Below, in pieces: positions 37,017-46,977 of a stretch of DNA of 64,000 nt. Below the pieces are notes generated by a model. It saw only the letters and a program-made list of their open reading frames with translations, was not told where the DNA came from and ran no database searches. Position numbers and translations under genes: made by a program. The stretch lies in assembly GCA_001443455.1 (NCBI GenBank), contig LDXO01000001.1, positions 205,632-269,631 of the forward strand, written 5' to 3'. Position 1 is the stretch's first letter. Each line of letters begins with the position of its first letter. Source of the DNA: Deltaproteobacteria bacterium CSP1-8 (GTDB lineage: Bacteria > Desulfobacterota > Deferrimicrobia > Deferrimicrobiales > Deferrimicrobiaceae).

Positions 37017-37176
37017 GCCCCGGGAGTCAACGGTATCGGCCCCGGGATGGCCGGCGGGAGGATCAAAGCAGAAGGATGGGGAGAGGGAAGCAGGATTCCT
37101 GTCCTGGTCATCTACATTTTCTTCAAAGAAAAGAAACTTCATGGTAAAAGGAAACCATGCAAACCGGTCTTTTCGA

Positions 37177-37353
37177 TTATTTCGGATTTCTCATACGTAC
37201 CGTGGAAGGTAGCGTAACGAGGCTGTCCTTGTGGGTCGGCATGGACATGACCTGGCCCTTGTTCATTTTGGTAGGGATTGCGTTTTTCCTCTTAATATCT
37301 TCCCCGAGCAGGTGAATCCGGGGAAGCTCCCCAACCGCACAAAGCCGGATCAT
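37177..37353 (-). CDS. Possible small hypothetical protein (58 aa) in an AT-richer spacer
   Basis: GGGAGAAGGG precedes ATG 37353. The sequence is MIRLCAVGELPRIHLLGEDIKRKNAIPTKMNKGQVMSMPTHKDSLVTLPSTVRMRNPK. No family was recognised. Confidence 0.25.
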   Translation of the reverse strand: MIRLCAVGELPRIHLLGEDIKRKNAIPTKMNKGQVMSMPTHKDSLVTLPSTVRMRNPK

Positions 37354-37556
37354 GATCCCTTCTCCCGCACCAGTCCAGCATTTTGGATGTTGCCCAAGAC
37401 CCCTGCGATGACTCTGCGCTCTTGCCGACTTGCTCCGGCGCATGAGGTGAACGCGCCAGCAGTCCTCGCGGTGCTACCATAGGGAGATCGGGTGGGTAGG
37501 GAGGAGAAGTCCTCGCGGCCTTGCCTGATGTTGGTTGATAGGCGTAGACTGAAAAA

Positions 37557-38786
37557 ATGTGTAATCAATTACCGGGAAAGAGGAGGAACAACGGGGTCGC
37601 GCTGATCGGGGTCTCGGTCCTTCTCGTGGCCGGCACGGCATGCCAGCGGGGTACGCCGGCTGCAGACGCGTCGCGCGCCACCATGGTCCAGGAGCCGCGC
37701 CCGGTGTACGTCGCAGCGGCCGTGGAGGGGCGTCTGCCACGCACGGTGATCGTCACCGGCACGCTCGCCGCCGACGAGGAGGTCAGCGCGGGCTTCAAGG
37801 TCGCCGGGCGGGTGAGCGAAATCGCGGTCGACCTCGGCACCAAGGTGCGGAAAGGGCAGATCCTGGCACGCCTCGACCCGACGGATTTCCGGTTCCGCGT
37901 CGAGCAGGCCGAGGCAGCCCTCCGCCAGGTGCGCGCGGGGCTGGGACTTCCCCCGGAAGGCCCGGACGAGCGCGTAGACACCGAGAAGACCGCGCAGGTT
38001 CGGGAAGCGCGGGCGGTGCTCGAGGAGGCGCGCCTGAACCGGGATCGCATGACGCAGCTTTGGGAGAAAGATCTCGTTGCGCGGGCCGAGTTTGACGCGG
38101 CCCTGTCACGACTGCTGGTTGCCGAGGGCCGCTATCAGGCCGCCGTCGAAGAGGTCCGGAACCGTCAGGAGATCCTGGCCGAGCGGCGCTCGGCCCTCTC
38201 GCTGGCGCGTCAGCAACTCGCCGACACCGTGTTGGTCGCCCCCATCGGGGGCGCCGTCCGGGAACGCCGGGCCTCGGTGGGCGAGTTTTTGGCTGCCGGC
38301 TCGCTGGTGGTCAGCCTGGTCCGGATTCACCCGCTTCGGCTGCGGGTAGCGGTCCCGGAACGGGACGCCCCCGCCATCCGGATCGGCCAGGAAATTACGG
38401 TACGGTTGGAGGGAGACCCCGCTCTGCATGCCGGACGCGTGGCCCGTCTGAGTCCGGCCATCCAGGAGCAGAACCGCACGCTGGCCGTGGAGGCCGAGGT
38501 GGCGAACCCGCAGGGGATGCTCCGGCCCGGTGCTTTTGCGCGGGCCGAGATCGTGGTCGAAGCCGCTCGTCCCGCCGTCCTGGTGCCCGACAAGGCGATC
38601 GTGACCTTCGCCGGACTGGAGAGGGTGTTCGGTGTAAAAGACGGTCTCGCCGTGGAAAAGCGGATCCGCACGGGACGGCGCGTGGGCGACCGGGTGGAAG
38701 TCCTCGAGGGGCTTGCCGCGGGCGAGCAGGTTGTGGTCGAGCCCGGAAATCTTACCGGCGGGCAGCCTGTCATTCTGAAGCAGTAG
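37557..38786 (+). CDS. RND efflux periplasmic adaptor subunit
   Basis: There is a signal/lipoprotein-like N-terminus, ..GRVSEIAVDLGTKVRKGQILARLDP.., a coiled-coil hairpin, and ..APIGGAVRERRASVGEF.. . Confidence 0.85.
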   Translation: MCNQLPGKRRNNGVALIGVSVLLVAGTACQRGTPAADASRATMVQEPRPVYVAAAVEGRLPRTVIVTGTLAADEEVSAGFKVAGRVSEIAVDLGTKVRKGQILARLDPTDFRFRVEQAEAALRQVRAGLGLPPEGPDERVDTEKTAQVREARAVLEEARLNRDRMTQLWEKDLVARAEFDAALSRLLVAEGRYQAAVEEVRNRQEILAERRSALSLARQQLADTVLVAPIGGAVRERRASVGEFLAAGSLVVSLVRIHPLRLRVAVPERDAPAIRIGQEITVRLEGDPALHAGRVARLSPAIQEQNRTLAVEAEVANPQGMLRPGAFARAEIVVEAARPAVLVPDKAIVTFAGLERVFGVKDGLAVEKRIRTGRRVGDRVEVLEGLAAGEQVVVEPGNLTGGQPVILKQ

Positions 38787-38793
38787 GCCGTCC

Positions 38794-41700
38794 TTGCAGA
38801 AACTCGCAGAAGTATGCATCCGCCGCCCGGTCTTTGCAGCGATGCTCATTCTTGCGCTGGTCGTCGTCGGGGCCGCCAGCTACGTCCGTCTCGGAGTCGA
38901 CCGGTTCCCCTCGGTGGACCTGCCCACCGTCTCTGTCCGCACCCAGCTGCCCGGCGCGTCCACCGAAGAGGTGGAGACCGAAATCTCGAAGCGGATCGAG
39001 GAGGCGGTCAACAGCGTCGAGGGGATCGACGAGCTTCGGTCGATCTCGGGTCCGGGTGCCTCCGTCGTCATCGTCACCTTCAACCTCAACCGGGACATCG
39101 ATACGGCGGCCCAGGATGTGCGGGACCGAGTCGCGGCCGTCCTTCGGGACCTGCCGAAGGATGCAACGGTCCCCCTGATCTCGAAGGTCGACAACGACCA
39201 GCAGCCGGTCCTGACGGTGGCCCTGGCCGGGGACCGGCCTCTTCGCGAACTGACCGAGCTGGCCGACAAGGTGGTGAAGATCCGCCTGGAGAGATCCGCG
39301 GGCGTGGGCGAGGTGCGGATCGTCGGCGGGCTGGAGCGCGCGGTCAGCGTGTGGGTGGATGCGGACCGGCTGGCTGCCTACCAGATCCCGATCACCGCGG
39401 TGCGCGATGCGATCGCCCGGCAAAATACGGACGCCTCCGGCGGCAATGTCACTCGCGGCGCCCGGGAGGAGACGCTCCGGACGATCGGACGTCTGACCGA
39501 CCCGCGCGCATTCGACGACCTGGTGGTCGCCACGATCGGCGGGTCGCCCGTCCGCGTGCGGGACCTCGGGTGGGCGGAGGACGGCACCCGGGAACAGCGA
39601 TCGACTGCCCGGCTCAACGGAGTCCCCACCGTGGTCCTCGAGGTGCGGCGCCAGTCGGGGGCCAACACCGTCGCCGTCATCGAGGAGGCCAAACGAAGCA
39701 TCGCAGCTGCCGCCAGGGAGCTGCCGGCAGGGGTCAGCCTCACGGAGATCCAGGACCAGTCCCGCTACATATACGCCGCTTTGCACGAGATCAACGTGCA
39801 CCTGATCCTCGGAAGCATTCTGGCCTCCCTCGTCGTTTTCGTGTTCATGCGCAGCTGGCGGTCGACCGCGATCGCCGCAGTGGCCATCCCCGCGTCGGTG
39901 GTCTCGACCTTCGGCATGATGTGGGCGCTCCACTTCACGCTCAACACCGTGACGATGCTCGCCCTCGTCCTGATGGTCGGGATCGTGATCGACGACGCGA
40001 TCGTCGTGCTCGAGAACATCTTCCGGTTTGTCGAGGAGAAGGGGATGTCGCCGTTTGCGGCCGCACGGGCCGCGACGGCCGACATCGGCCTGGCCGTGAT
40101 GGCGACGACCTTCTCGCTGGTGATCATCTTCATCCCGGTGTCGTTCATGTCGAGCATCTCCGGCCGCTTTCTCTACCAGTTCGGCATCACGGCGGCCGTG
40201 GCGGTCCTGGTGAGCCTTCTCGTCTCCTTCAGCCTGACCCCCATGATGAGCGCACGGCTTCTGGGGAGCGCGGCAATGGAGCCGCACGACCCGACCGGGG
40301 CGCCCCGTTCCCGGCGCGGGTTCTACCGCCGGCTCGACGCGGGATACACGCGAGCGCTTTCCTTCACCCTCCGCCACCGGCGGGCGGTCGCGTTGTTCTC
40401 GCTGGGCGTCATGCTGTCGGCGGTCCCCCTGTACGGGCTGATCCGCCAGGACTACCTCCCGGGCAACGTGGACGAGGGGGAGTTCTTCGTGACCGTGAGC
40501 GCCCCCCAGGGCACGAGCCTGGGCAGCATGGACGATATCATGCGCGCCATCGCGGACGAGGTGCGGTCCTTGCCCGGCGTGCGGCTGGTGCTCGCGACGG
40601 CCGGGGGCGGGTTCATCGGATCGGTGAACGAGGGACGGGCATATGTCCAGCTCGCGCCCCACGGGGAGCGCGTCTTCTCCCTCTCCCGGTTGGTACGGGG
40701 GGTCTTAAGCGGTGACCCGCTCCTTGCGTTCCGGGGGAACCGCTCCCAGCGCGAAGTGATGCAGGAGGTGCGCGGGAGGGTCCGCAAGTACCGGGATCTC
40801 CGGATCGCGGCCCGGAACATTGCCGGGTTCAACATCGGCGGCGGGAGCTTCGAGGTCGACTTCGTCCTCCGGGGACCGGATCTTCAGGTGCTCTCGGCCT
40901 ACGCCGAGCGGCTGCGGGACCGCCAGGAGTCCCTCGGGCTCGTCGACGCCGACACGACGCTCAAGCTCGACAAGCCCGAGCTTCGGGTCCAGGTGGACCG
41001 GGCCCGCGCCGCCGACCTCCGGGTCGATCCCGAACGGATCGGTACGGCGGTCCGGCTCATGGTCGGCGGGGACGAGGAGGTCTCGCGCTTCACCGACCCT
41101 TCCGTCAACGAGGACTACAAGGTCCAGCTGCGGCTTCGCGAGGAGGACCGGGCCGACCCCGAAACGATCGGACGGCTGTACGTCTCCCGGGAGGACGGGG
41201 GACTGGTGCAGCTCAGCAGCGTCGCGCGGATCGAGCAGGTGCAAAGCGCCTCGCGGATCGACCGCCTCGACCGGCAGAGGGAGGTCCGCCTCCGGTCGTC
41301 CGTCGCGCCCGGGTTCGCACTCGCGGACCGGCTCGAGGCGCTCAGGGCCGCGGTAGCCGGGATGAACCTTCCGGCCGGCTACACGACGCGCGTTTCCGGC
41401 CGGGGACGGGAACTCGAGCGGACGTTCGGCGAGTTCGTCTGGGCCTTCGCCCTGTCGATCGTGTTCATGTACATGATTCTCGCCTCCCAGTTCGAGAACC
41501 TGGTACACCCCTTCACGATCCTGCTCTCCCTGCCGATCTCGGTTCCCTTCGCTCTCCTGTCGATCTGGCTCGCCGGCCACACCCTGAATCTCTACTCGGC
41601 GCTCGGGATCCTCGTGCTCTTCGGCGTCGTCAAGAAGAACGCGATCCTGCAGATCGACCACATGAACAACCTGCGGGAGGCCGGTCTGGACCGGACGGCG

Positions 41701-42036
41701 GCGATCCTCCAGGGGAACCGCGACCGGCTCCGCCCGATCCTCATGACCACGCTCACGTTCGTGGCCGGCATGCTTCCCCTGGCAGTCGGCACCGGCCCGG
41801 GCGCCGAGGAACGCCGCGTGATCGCCGTGGTCGTGATCGGCGGCCAGACGCTCTCGCTGCTGCTCACGCTGCTGGCCACGCCGGTCGTCTACTCGCTCCT
41901 CGACGATCTGGGCTTCGCTTTCCGGCGACGGCGCTCGGCCGTGCCGGTTCCGGTCGATCCCACCCCGGAAACGGCGGCCTCCGGGAGAGTCGACGAAAAA
42001 TATGATCGGGCTTCGAGCGACGAGGGCCGGCGGTAA
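38794..42036 (+). CDS. RND family efflux permease
   Basis: 1080 aa, beginning MQKLAEVCIRRPVFAAMLILALVVVG, with typical AcrB-type architecture. Confidence 0.95.
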   Translation: MQKLAEVCIRRPVFAAMLILALVVVGAASYVRLGVDRFPSVDLPTVSVRTQLPGASTEEVETEISKRIEEAVNSVEGIDELRSISGPGASVVIVTFNLNRDIDTAAQDVRDRVAAVLRDLPKDATVPLISKVDNDQQPVLTVALAGDRPLRELTELADKVVKIRLERSAGVGEVRIVGGLERAVSVWVDADRLAAYQIPITAVRDAIARQNTDASGGNVTRGAREETLRTIGRLTDPRAFDDLVVATIGGSPVRVRDLGWAEDGTREQRSTARLNGVPTVVLEVRRQSGANTVAVIEEAKRSIAAAARELPAGVSLTEIQDQSRYIYAALHEINVHLILGSILASLVVFVFMRSWRSTAIAAVAIPASVVSTFGMMWALHFTLNTVTMLALVLMVGIVIDDAIVVLENIFRFVEEKGMSPFAAARAATADIGLAVMATTFSLVIIFIPVSFMSSISGRFLYQFGITAAVAVLVSLLVSFSLTPMMSARLLGSAAMEPHDPTGAPRSRRGFYRRLDAGYTRALSFTLRHRRAVALFSLGVMLSAVPLYGLIRQDYLPGNVDEGEFFVTVSAPQGTSLGSMDDIMRAIADEVRSLPGVRLVLATAGGGFIGSVNEGRAYVQLAPHGERVFSLSRLVRGVLSGDPLLAFRGNRSQREVMQEVRGRVRKYRDLRIAARNIAGFNIGGGSFEVDFVLRGPDLQVLSAYAERLRDRQESLGLVDADTTLKLDKPELRVQVDRARAADLRVDPERIGTAVRLMVGGDEEVSRFTDPSVNEDYKVQLRLREEDRADPETIGRLYVSREDGGLVQLSSVARIEQVQSASRIDRLDRQREVRLRSSVAPGFALADRLEALRAAVAGMNLPAGYTTRVSGRGRELERTFGEFVWAFALSIVFMYMILASQFENLVHPFTILLSLPISVPFALLSIWLAGHTLNLYSALGILVLFGVVKKNAILQIDHMNNLREAGLDRTAAILQGNRDRLRPILMTTLTFVAGMLPLAVGTGPGAEERRVIAVVVIGGQTLSLLLTLLATPVVYSLLDDLGFAFRRRRSAVPVPVDPTPETAASGRVDEKYDRASSDEGRR

Positions 42037-42050
42037 GGCTGATAAGGAAA

Positions 42051-42080
42051 GGACGGAGCCAAAGGCTCCGCCCTTCTTTG
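42051..42080 (+). terminator. Putative intrinsic terminator after the second RND permease
   Basis: GGACGGAGCC-aaa-GGCTCCGCCC is followed by TTCTTT. Confidence 0.45.
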
Positions 42081-42212
42081 GGAATGCTACCCCCTGTCCT
42101 CCGGAACAAACCCGACGGGGAACGGAAGTTCCGTGCCCCTGAGCTCGAACCCGGGGAGGAAAGACTCAGGCAGGGTTCCGGTCATCCGGGGCGTTAGTTG
42201 CGAATGCCCCGT

Positions 42213-42401
42213 TTATGTGGCTTTCTTCTCGTCGCGGATGAGCCGATGCAACTTCTTCCTCAGGTTCTTTGGTATTTCATGGACGTTGTGGGCGGATTTG
42301 GAGTGCTCGGAAGCCTGTCGAATGATGGTTTCCTCGGTTTCGCCGCGGAACACGGCATTGCAGCCGGATACCAACTCGCTGCATTTCAGGACCTTCCCCA
42401 T
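42213..42401 (-). CDS. DUF1059 domain protein
   Basis: MGKVLKCSELVSGCNAVFRGETEETIIRQASEHSKSAHNV... matches the family pattern as I remember it. Confidence 0.75.
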   Translation of the reverse strand: MGKVLKCSELVSGCNAVFRGETEETIIRQASEHSKSAHNVHEIPKNLRKKLHRLIRDEKKAT

Positions 42402-42640
42402 GGAGCACCTCCGACCCTTCCGCTTGTGGTCCGGAAGATTGGCAGGTTTTCAATGCGTGGTTGACGGGTGACAGGCCGGGGGTCTTCGGTACTCCACCTC
42501 ATCATAGATGATTATTTTCCCAATGGCTTCAGAAAAGGAGAACGTGAACCTTGACCGAACCTCGCGGAGGAGGGGAAGCGGAGGATGGTTGTTCCCTAAA
42601 CGGGGAACGATCGGGTGTCCGCCAAGTAGGTGAAAAAACG

Positions 42641-42717
42641 TGGCGCGCCTGGAGAGATTCGAACTCCCGACCCGCTGCTTAGAAGGCAGCTGCTCTATCC
42701 ACCTGAGCTACAGGCGC
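42641..42717 (-). tRNA. tRNA-Arg (anticodon TCT), CCA encoded
   Basis: The reverse complement folds as GCGCCTG-TA-GCTC-AGGTGGATA-GAGC-A-GCTGC-CTTCTAA-GCAGC-GGGTC-GGGAG-TTCGAAT-CTCTC-CAGGCGC-G-CCA. Confidence 0.9.
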
Positions 42718-42730
42718 GCGAAATGATAGG

Positions 42731-42739
42731 ATTATAGCA
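42731..42739 (-). promoter_or_regulatory. Extended -10 element (TGCTATAAT) for tRNA-Arg(TCT)
   Basis: The reverse complement of 42731-42739 reads TGCTATAAT, 14 nt upstream of the tRNA 5' end. Confidence 0.4.
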
Positions 42740-42805
42740 ATAAACCCCGTCGGCTGTTCCTGCCATTTGAGACGGGCGGGGAATTTTTATCGTCGATAAA
42801 CCGTG

Positions 42806-45340
42806 ATGGCTGAACAAAAGGTAATCAATTGCGCGGCCCTGCACGTGCCGCCGGAATCGTCCGTACCGCCGTCCGGGAGGGAGGTGAGGTGGACCTTCCC
42901 GGTGGAGGGGATGACCTGCGCCTCCTGCGTCGCCCGGGTGGAAAAAAGCCTCTCCCGAGTGGAAGGCGTAACCGAAGCTTCCGTCAATCTGGCCACGAAG
43001 ACCGCGACGGTTACGGTTGATCCGCATCGGGCCGGGCCGGGGAGACTGGTCTCCGCGATCCGCGACACCGGGTACGAGGTCCCCGTGCAAAGGACGGAGT
43101 TCCCTGTGGAAGGGATGACCTGCGCCTCCTGCGTCGCAAGGGTGGAGAAGGCCCTCGCCTCGGTGCCCGGCGTCCTCTCCGCGAGCGTCAACCTGGCCAC
43201 GCAGTCCGGGACGGTGAGTTTCCTCCCGGGGGTTGCGGACATGGGGGCGGTTCGGGCCGCAGTCGAAAGCGCGGGGTACGCCGTCCCGGAGGTCAGGGCG
43301 GAGGAAGACCCCGTCGCCCGGCAGGTGAGGATGCAGCGCGAGGAGGAGCGGTCGCTGCTCACGAGGCTTCGCGTGGGATTCCTGCTCGGCGTTCCGCTGT
43401 TTCTCCTCGCGCAGTGGGAGATGATCGCCGGCCCCGCCGGATTCCCGCTTTCCCCGTTCGCGAGCGCCCTTCTCCAGCTTGCCCTGGTGACCCCGATCCA
43501 GTTCTACGTCGGCTCCCGGTTCTACCGCGGCGCCTGGGCCACGGCGAAGCACGGGACGACCGACATGAACACGCTGGTCGCTTTGGGAACGACGGTGGCC
43601 TACGCGTACAGCCTCGTCGCCACCTTCTTCCCCGGGCTGTTCGCCGTTCCGGGGGCTGCCCCCCACGTCTATTTCGACACCTCCGCGGCGATCATCTCCC
43701 TCATCCTCCTCGGGCGGTATTTCGAGACGCGGGCGAAGGGGAAGACGTCCGAGGCCGTGAAGAGACTGATCGGCCTGCAACCGAAGACGGCGCGGGTGAT
43801 CCGCGACGGCGGGGAGGTGGACATCCCTCTCGAGGAGGTCATGGCCGGGGAACGGGTCGTTGTCCGGCCCGGGGAGAAGGTCCCGGTGGACGGCGCCGTG
43901 GAGGAGGGGACAAGCTCGGTCGACGAGTCGATGATGACGGGCGAGCCTGTCCCGAAGGACAAGGGGCAGGGCGACGCCGTGACAGGCGGGACGATGAACG
44001 TCAACGGCCGGCTCGTCGTGCGCGCCACCCATGTGGGAAAGGACACGGTCCTGGCCCGGATCGTCCGGATGGTGCAGGAAGCGCAGGGGAGCAAGCCGCC
44101 GATCGGGCGCCTGGCGGACGTCATCGCGTCGTACTTTGTTCCTTCGGTGATCGGTGTAGCCCTGCTTACCTTCGCCGCCTGGTGGGCCTTCGGTCCGCAG
44201 CCGCGGCTCACCTACGCCATGCTGAGCGCGATCTCGGTCCTCATCATCGCCTGCCCCTGCGCGCTCGGGCTCGCCACCCCCACGTCGATCATGGTGGGCA
44301 CGGGGAAGGGGGCGGAGCTGGGCATCCTGATCCGGAGCGGGGCCGCGCTGGAGACGGCGCACAAGGTAGACACCGTCATCCTCGACAAGACCGGGACGGT
44401 CACCCGCGGGCGGCCGGAGCTTTCCTGGGTCCGATCCGCGTCCCACGGCCCCTTCCAGGGGGAGAAAGGGGAGCGGGACCTGCTCCGGCTCGCCGCCTCC
44501 GCCGAGACCGGGTCGGAACACCCTCTGGCGGACGCGGTGGTCCGGGGCGCGAAAGAAAGAGGACTTTCCCTGGAATCTCCCGGGGAGTTTCACGCCCGGC
44601 CGGGCCACGGGATCCGCGCCACGGTTGCGGGACGGCGGATCCACGTGGGCAGCGAAAGGTGGCTCGAGGAGGAAGGGATCGATGCGTCCCTTCTCCTTAC
44701 CGCCGCGAAGGAACTGTCGGAGTCGGGATCCACGGTTATCTTCGTCGCCGTGGACGGAAAGGCCGCCGGGGTCGTGGCGGTTGCAGACGAGATCAAGGAG
44801 GGGGCCCCGGAAGCGATCGGGGTCCTGCGCGGGATGGGGCTCGATGTCGTGATGCTGACCGGCGACAACCCGAGGACGGCGAAGGCGATGGCCGCTCGGG
44901 CCGGGATCGCGCGCGTGCGTGCCGAGGTCCTCCCCGACCAGAAGGCGGAGGTAGTCCGCAGGATCCAGGCGGAAGGAAAGGTCGTCGCGATGGTGGGGGA
45001 CGGGATCAACGACGCCCCGGCACTCGCCCAGGCCGACGTCGGGATGGCGATCGGCACCGGTACGGACATCGCGATCGAATCGGGGGACATCGTCCTGATG
45101 AGCGGGGAGTTGAAGGGGGTGGCGACGGCGATCGCCTTAAGCCGGGCCACCCTCCGGAACATCCGCCAGAACCTGTTCTGGGCGTTCGCCTACAACGTGG
45201 TGCTCATCCCGGTGGCTGCGGGAGTCCTGTACCCGCATTTCCGGGTGATGCTCTCCCCCATCCTCGCCGCCGCGGCGATGGGGCTGTCCTCCGTTACCGT
45301 CGTGTCGAACGCCCTCCGTCTCCGTCGGTTCCGGGCGTAG
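42806..45340 (+). CDS. copA: Copper-translocating P1B-type ATPase with two N-terminal HMA domains
   Basis: Two [13 protein letters not shown] motifs are present, together with the CPC motif ([13 protein letters not shown]), DKTGT, TGDN and [11 protein letters not shown] 42803 is an alternative start. Confidence 0.95.
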   Translation: MAEQKVINCAALHVPPESSVPPSGREVRWTFPVEGMTCASCVARVEKSLSRVEGVTEASVNLATKTATVTVDPHRAGPGRLVSAIRDTGYEVPVQRTEFPVEGMTCASCVARVEKALASVPGVLSASVNLATQSGTVSFLPGVADMGAVRAAVESAGYAVPEVRAEEDPVARQVRMQREEERSLLTRLRVGFLLGVPLFLLAQWEMIAGPAGFPLSPFASALLQLALVTPIQFYVGSRFYRGAWATAKHGTTDMNTLVALGTTVAYAYSLVATFFPGLFAVPGAAPHVYFDTSAAIISLILLGRYFETRAKGKTSEAVKRLIGLQPKTARVIRDGGEVDIPLEEVMAGERVVVRPGEKVPVDGAVEEGTSSVDESMMTGEPVPKDKGQGDAVTGGTMNVNGRLVVRATHVGKDTVLARIVRMVQEAQGSKPPIGRLADVIASYFVPSVIGVALLTFAAWWAFGPQPRLTYAMLSAISVLIIACPCALGLATPTSIMVGTGKGAELGILIRSGAALETAHKVDTVILDKTGTVTRGRPELSWVRSASHGPFQGEKGERDLLRLAASAETGSEHPLADAVVRGAKERGLSLESPGEFHARPGHGIRATVAGRRIHVGSERWLEEEGIDASLLLTAAKELSESGSTVIFVAVDGKAAGVVAVADEIKEGAPEAIGVLRGMGLDVVMLTGDNPRTAKAMAARAGIARVRAEVLPDQKAEVVRRIQAEGKVVAMVGDGINDAPALAQADVGMAIGTGTDIAIESGDIVLMSGELKGVATAIALSRATLRNIRQNLFWAFAYNVVLIPVAAGVLYPHFRVMLSPILAAAAMGLSSVTVVSNALRLRRFRA

Positions 45341-45414
45341 CAAAGCAAAGGGACGCAAAGCAAAGGGACGTTCTTATGCTTTCCGGGGAGATAAAAAGTT
45401 TTAAGAACGTCCCC
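45341..45414. repeat. Tandem 15-mer duplication plus a tail-to-tail pair of the dispersed GGGACGTTCTTA repeat
   Basis: CAAAGCAAAGGGACG occurs twice (45341-45355, 45356-45370). GGGACGTTCTTA is at 45365-45376 and its exact reverse complement TAAGAACGTCCC is at 45402-45413. The element sits between the convergent copA and bfr genes. Confidence 0.8.
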
Positions 45415-45432
45415 GAACTTTGTCCCCGGACT

Positions 45433-45870
45433 TTACGGCAGTTTCTTTCCCGTCTTCTTGAGGATCGTCTCCCACATGTCGGCGTGCTTCTCCTCCTCGG
45501 CGACGATCTCCTCCATCATGAGGCGGGTGGTGGAGTCCCCCGCCTCGTCGGCTAACTTGATGACCGTCTTGTAGAACTCGATCGCCTCGTACTCGCCTTC
45601 GAGGTCGTCCTGCATCATCTTTTTCAGATCGCCGCCCTTTTTGATGGGGGCAGGCTTCGTGGAAGGGTCCCCTTCGAGGAAGTTGATCCGCTCGGCGACC
45701 CGCTCGGCATGCTTCATCTCATCCATGGACGTCTTCTCGAAGAGGGGGAGGATCGCGGCGCTCTCCATCCCGTCGCCGGTCCAGTGGTGGTGCAGGTACT
45801 GCAGGATGGCGCCGATCTCCAGCTCAAGGACCTTGTTCAACGCCTCGATGATGCGCGGGTTCCCTTTCAT
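45433..45870 (-). CDS. bfr: Bacterioferritin
   Basis: Starts MKGNPRIIEALNKVLELEIGAILQYLHH at 45870, after GGAGGT. Contains ..SMDEMKHAERVAERINFLEG.. (heme-Met context) and ..EEEKHADMWE.. . Confidence 0.85.
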   Translation of the reverse strand: MKGNPRIIEALNKVLELEIGAILQYLHHHWTGDGMESAAILPLFEKTSMDEMKHAERVAERINFLEGDPSTKPAPIKKGGDLKKMMQDDLEGEYEAIEFYKTVIKLADEAGDSTTRLMMEEIVAEEEKHADMWETILKKTGKKLP

Positions 45871-46005
45871 GGCATACCTCCGTTCGTTCGAGGATAGGGC
45901 TGTACGATAAGACCCCTCGGGTTTGGGTGAGTCGTAAATCATCATAGCAACTGGACGAGGGGGCGAAAACGATTTTGCAGCAATGCGATGCAGAGCCGTT
46001 TCCCG

Positions 46006-46034
46006 TTGACCCCCCACGCCCCGGTTTGTATAAT
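46006..46034 (+). promoter_or_regulatory. Sigma70-like promoter for the tRNA operon: TTGACC-17 nt-TATAAT
   Basis: TTGACC at 46006-46011 and TATAAT at 46029-46034. The tRNA-His 5' end is at 46057. Confidence 0.55.
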
Positions 46035-46056
46035 TATAATTTGCCGTTTGCCGGGT

Positions 46057-46133
46057 GGTGAGTGTAGCTCAGTTGGCAGAGCACCAGGTTGTGGCCCTGG
46101 TGGCCGCGGGTTCAATCCCCGTCACTCACCCCA
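46057..46133 (+). tRNA. tRNA-His (anticodon GTG) with encoded G-1 and CCA
   Basis: G-GTGAGTG-TA-GCTC-AGTTGGC-AGAGC..CCAGG-TTGTGGC-CCTGG..GCGGG-TTCAATC-CCCGT-CACTCAC-C-CCA. Confidence 0.9.
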
Positions 46134-46151
46134 TCTCTTGCGATCAGAAGG

Positions 46152-46226
46152 GCGCCTGTAGCTCAGGGGATAGAGCACCGGCCTCCGGAGCCGGGTGCGG
46201 AGGTTCGATTCCTCCCAGGCGCGCCA
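46152..46226 (+). tRNA. tRNA-Arg (anticodon CCG), CCA encoded
   Basis: GCGCCTG-TA-GCTC-AGGGGATA-GAGC-A-CCGGC-CTCCGGA-GCCGG-GTGC-GGAGG-TTCGATT-CCTCC-CAGGCGC-G-CCA. Confidence 0.9.
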
Positions 46227-46237
46227 AAAAAAGCAAA

Positions 46238-46258
46238 GGGACGTTCTTAAACTTTTTC
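46238..46258 (+). repeat. Copy of the dispersed repeat (GGGACGTTCTTAAACTTTTTC) in the tRNA-Arg/tRNA-Lys spacer
   Basis: The 12-mer core is an exact match, with the same A-rich GCAAAG lead-in as the copy at 45356-45376. Confidence 0.7.
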
Positions 46259-46335
46259 GGGCCACTAGCTCAACCCGGCAGAGCAGCTGACTCTTAATCA
46301 GGAGGTTGAAGGTTCGAATCCTTCGTGGCCCACCA
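46259..46335 (+). tRNA. tRNA-Lys (anticodon CTT), CCA encoded
   Basis: GGGCCAC-TA-GCTC-AACCCGGC-AGAGC-A-GCTGA-CTCTTAA-TCAGG-AGGTT-GAAGG-TTCGAAT-CCTTC-GTGGCCC-A-CCA. Confidence 0.9.
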
Positions 46336-46339
46336 ATGA

Positions 46340-46546
46340 AAACGAGGGGTTAGGCGATTCCGCTTGGCCCCTTTTTTGTTCCTGGCGCGCCGGGGGCGCA
46401 TTTTCGAGCATCGCGGCAAGCCGGTTGACGGCTTGCCGGTTCGCCCCGGGGATCAAGTGCCCGTAGTTATCGACGGTGATCTGAATGGAGTGGTGTCCTC
46501 ATTGCTCCTTGACATAGGCGAGGGATTCCCCGCAAATAGGCAGCAT
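46340..46546 (-). pseudogene. Tyrosine recombinase (phage integrase family) C-terminal fragment with in-frame stops
   Basis: The minus-strand frame reads MLPICGESLAYVKEQ-stop-GHHSIQITVDNYGHLIPGANRQAVNRLAAML. This is the conserved ..GESL.YV..QLGHSSIQ.T.D.YGHL.. end of integrases (catalytic Tyr context), interrupted by TGA. Nothing recognisable lies upstream. Confidence 0.65.
46346..46377 (+). terminator. Intrinsic terminator after tRNA-Lys
   Basis: GGGGTTAG...TTGGCCCC stem (with G-U pairs), followed by T6. Confidence 0.55.
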
Positions 46547-46667
46547 CTGCGTCTTTCAACTGTTCTGCGATTGTCGGAATAGCCAGCGATATATGAAACA
46601 AGATGATGAGTAAACCGACCGTCAGATATCGATACACCTTTGCGCTCCCGCACCTTGACGCCCATGC

Positions 46668-46865
46668 TCACCCCTCCTTTTCCTTCCATTCGCCGCACCA
46701 ATCATCAGGAGTAACGAAGGGAAAGATGTGATCTCCCCACGATCCCCGGAGTGCGTATTGGGGGGGAAAACGTCTGCAGAATCCCTTGAGGAGTGTAACC
46801 ATTTCATCGTACTCGTTCTTTCTTGTAAATTCCGAATACCTGCAACTCTTGCAATTTCTTTCCAT
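46668..46865 (-). CDS. Small Cys-rich hypothetical protein (65 aa)
   Basis: MERNCKSCRYSEF...GFCRRFPP...PDDWCGEWKEKEG has a CxxC...C...C arrangement. It sits in the AT-richer island remnant. Confidence 0.4.
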   Translation of the reverse strand: MERNCKSCRYSEFTRKNEYDEMVTLLKGFCRRFPPQYALRGSWGDHIFPFVTPDDWCGEWKEKEG

Positions 46866-46977
46866 CCCTCACGCCCCCTTTCCGGGTTTGCGCTTCGTTC
46901 GCCGCTTCGGTTCCTTCTCCTTGAGGTAGGTGTCGATCCGCCGGAGCCACTCGCTGAACGTGATCCCTTCGTCCAAC

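Noticed and set aside
38770-40662. Long antisense or alternate-frame ORFs over the second RND permease, copA, malQ/glgB and polX (for example 38770-40662, 42695-44644, 43414-45555, 49442-51952, 52329-53918, 17340-18743).
   Set aside because: They are shadow ORFs of confidently identified genes and have no independent coding signal.
45341-45371. GGGACGCAAAGC resembles a conserved stretch of the c-di-GMP-I (GEMM) riboswitch.
   Set aside because: It lies at the 3' end of copA between convergent genes. It lacks the paired tetraloop/receptor hairpins and is explained by the tandem duplication of the dispersed repeat.
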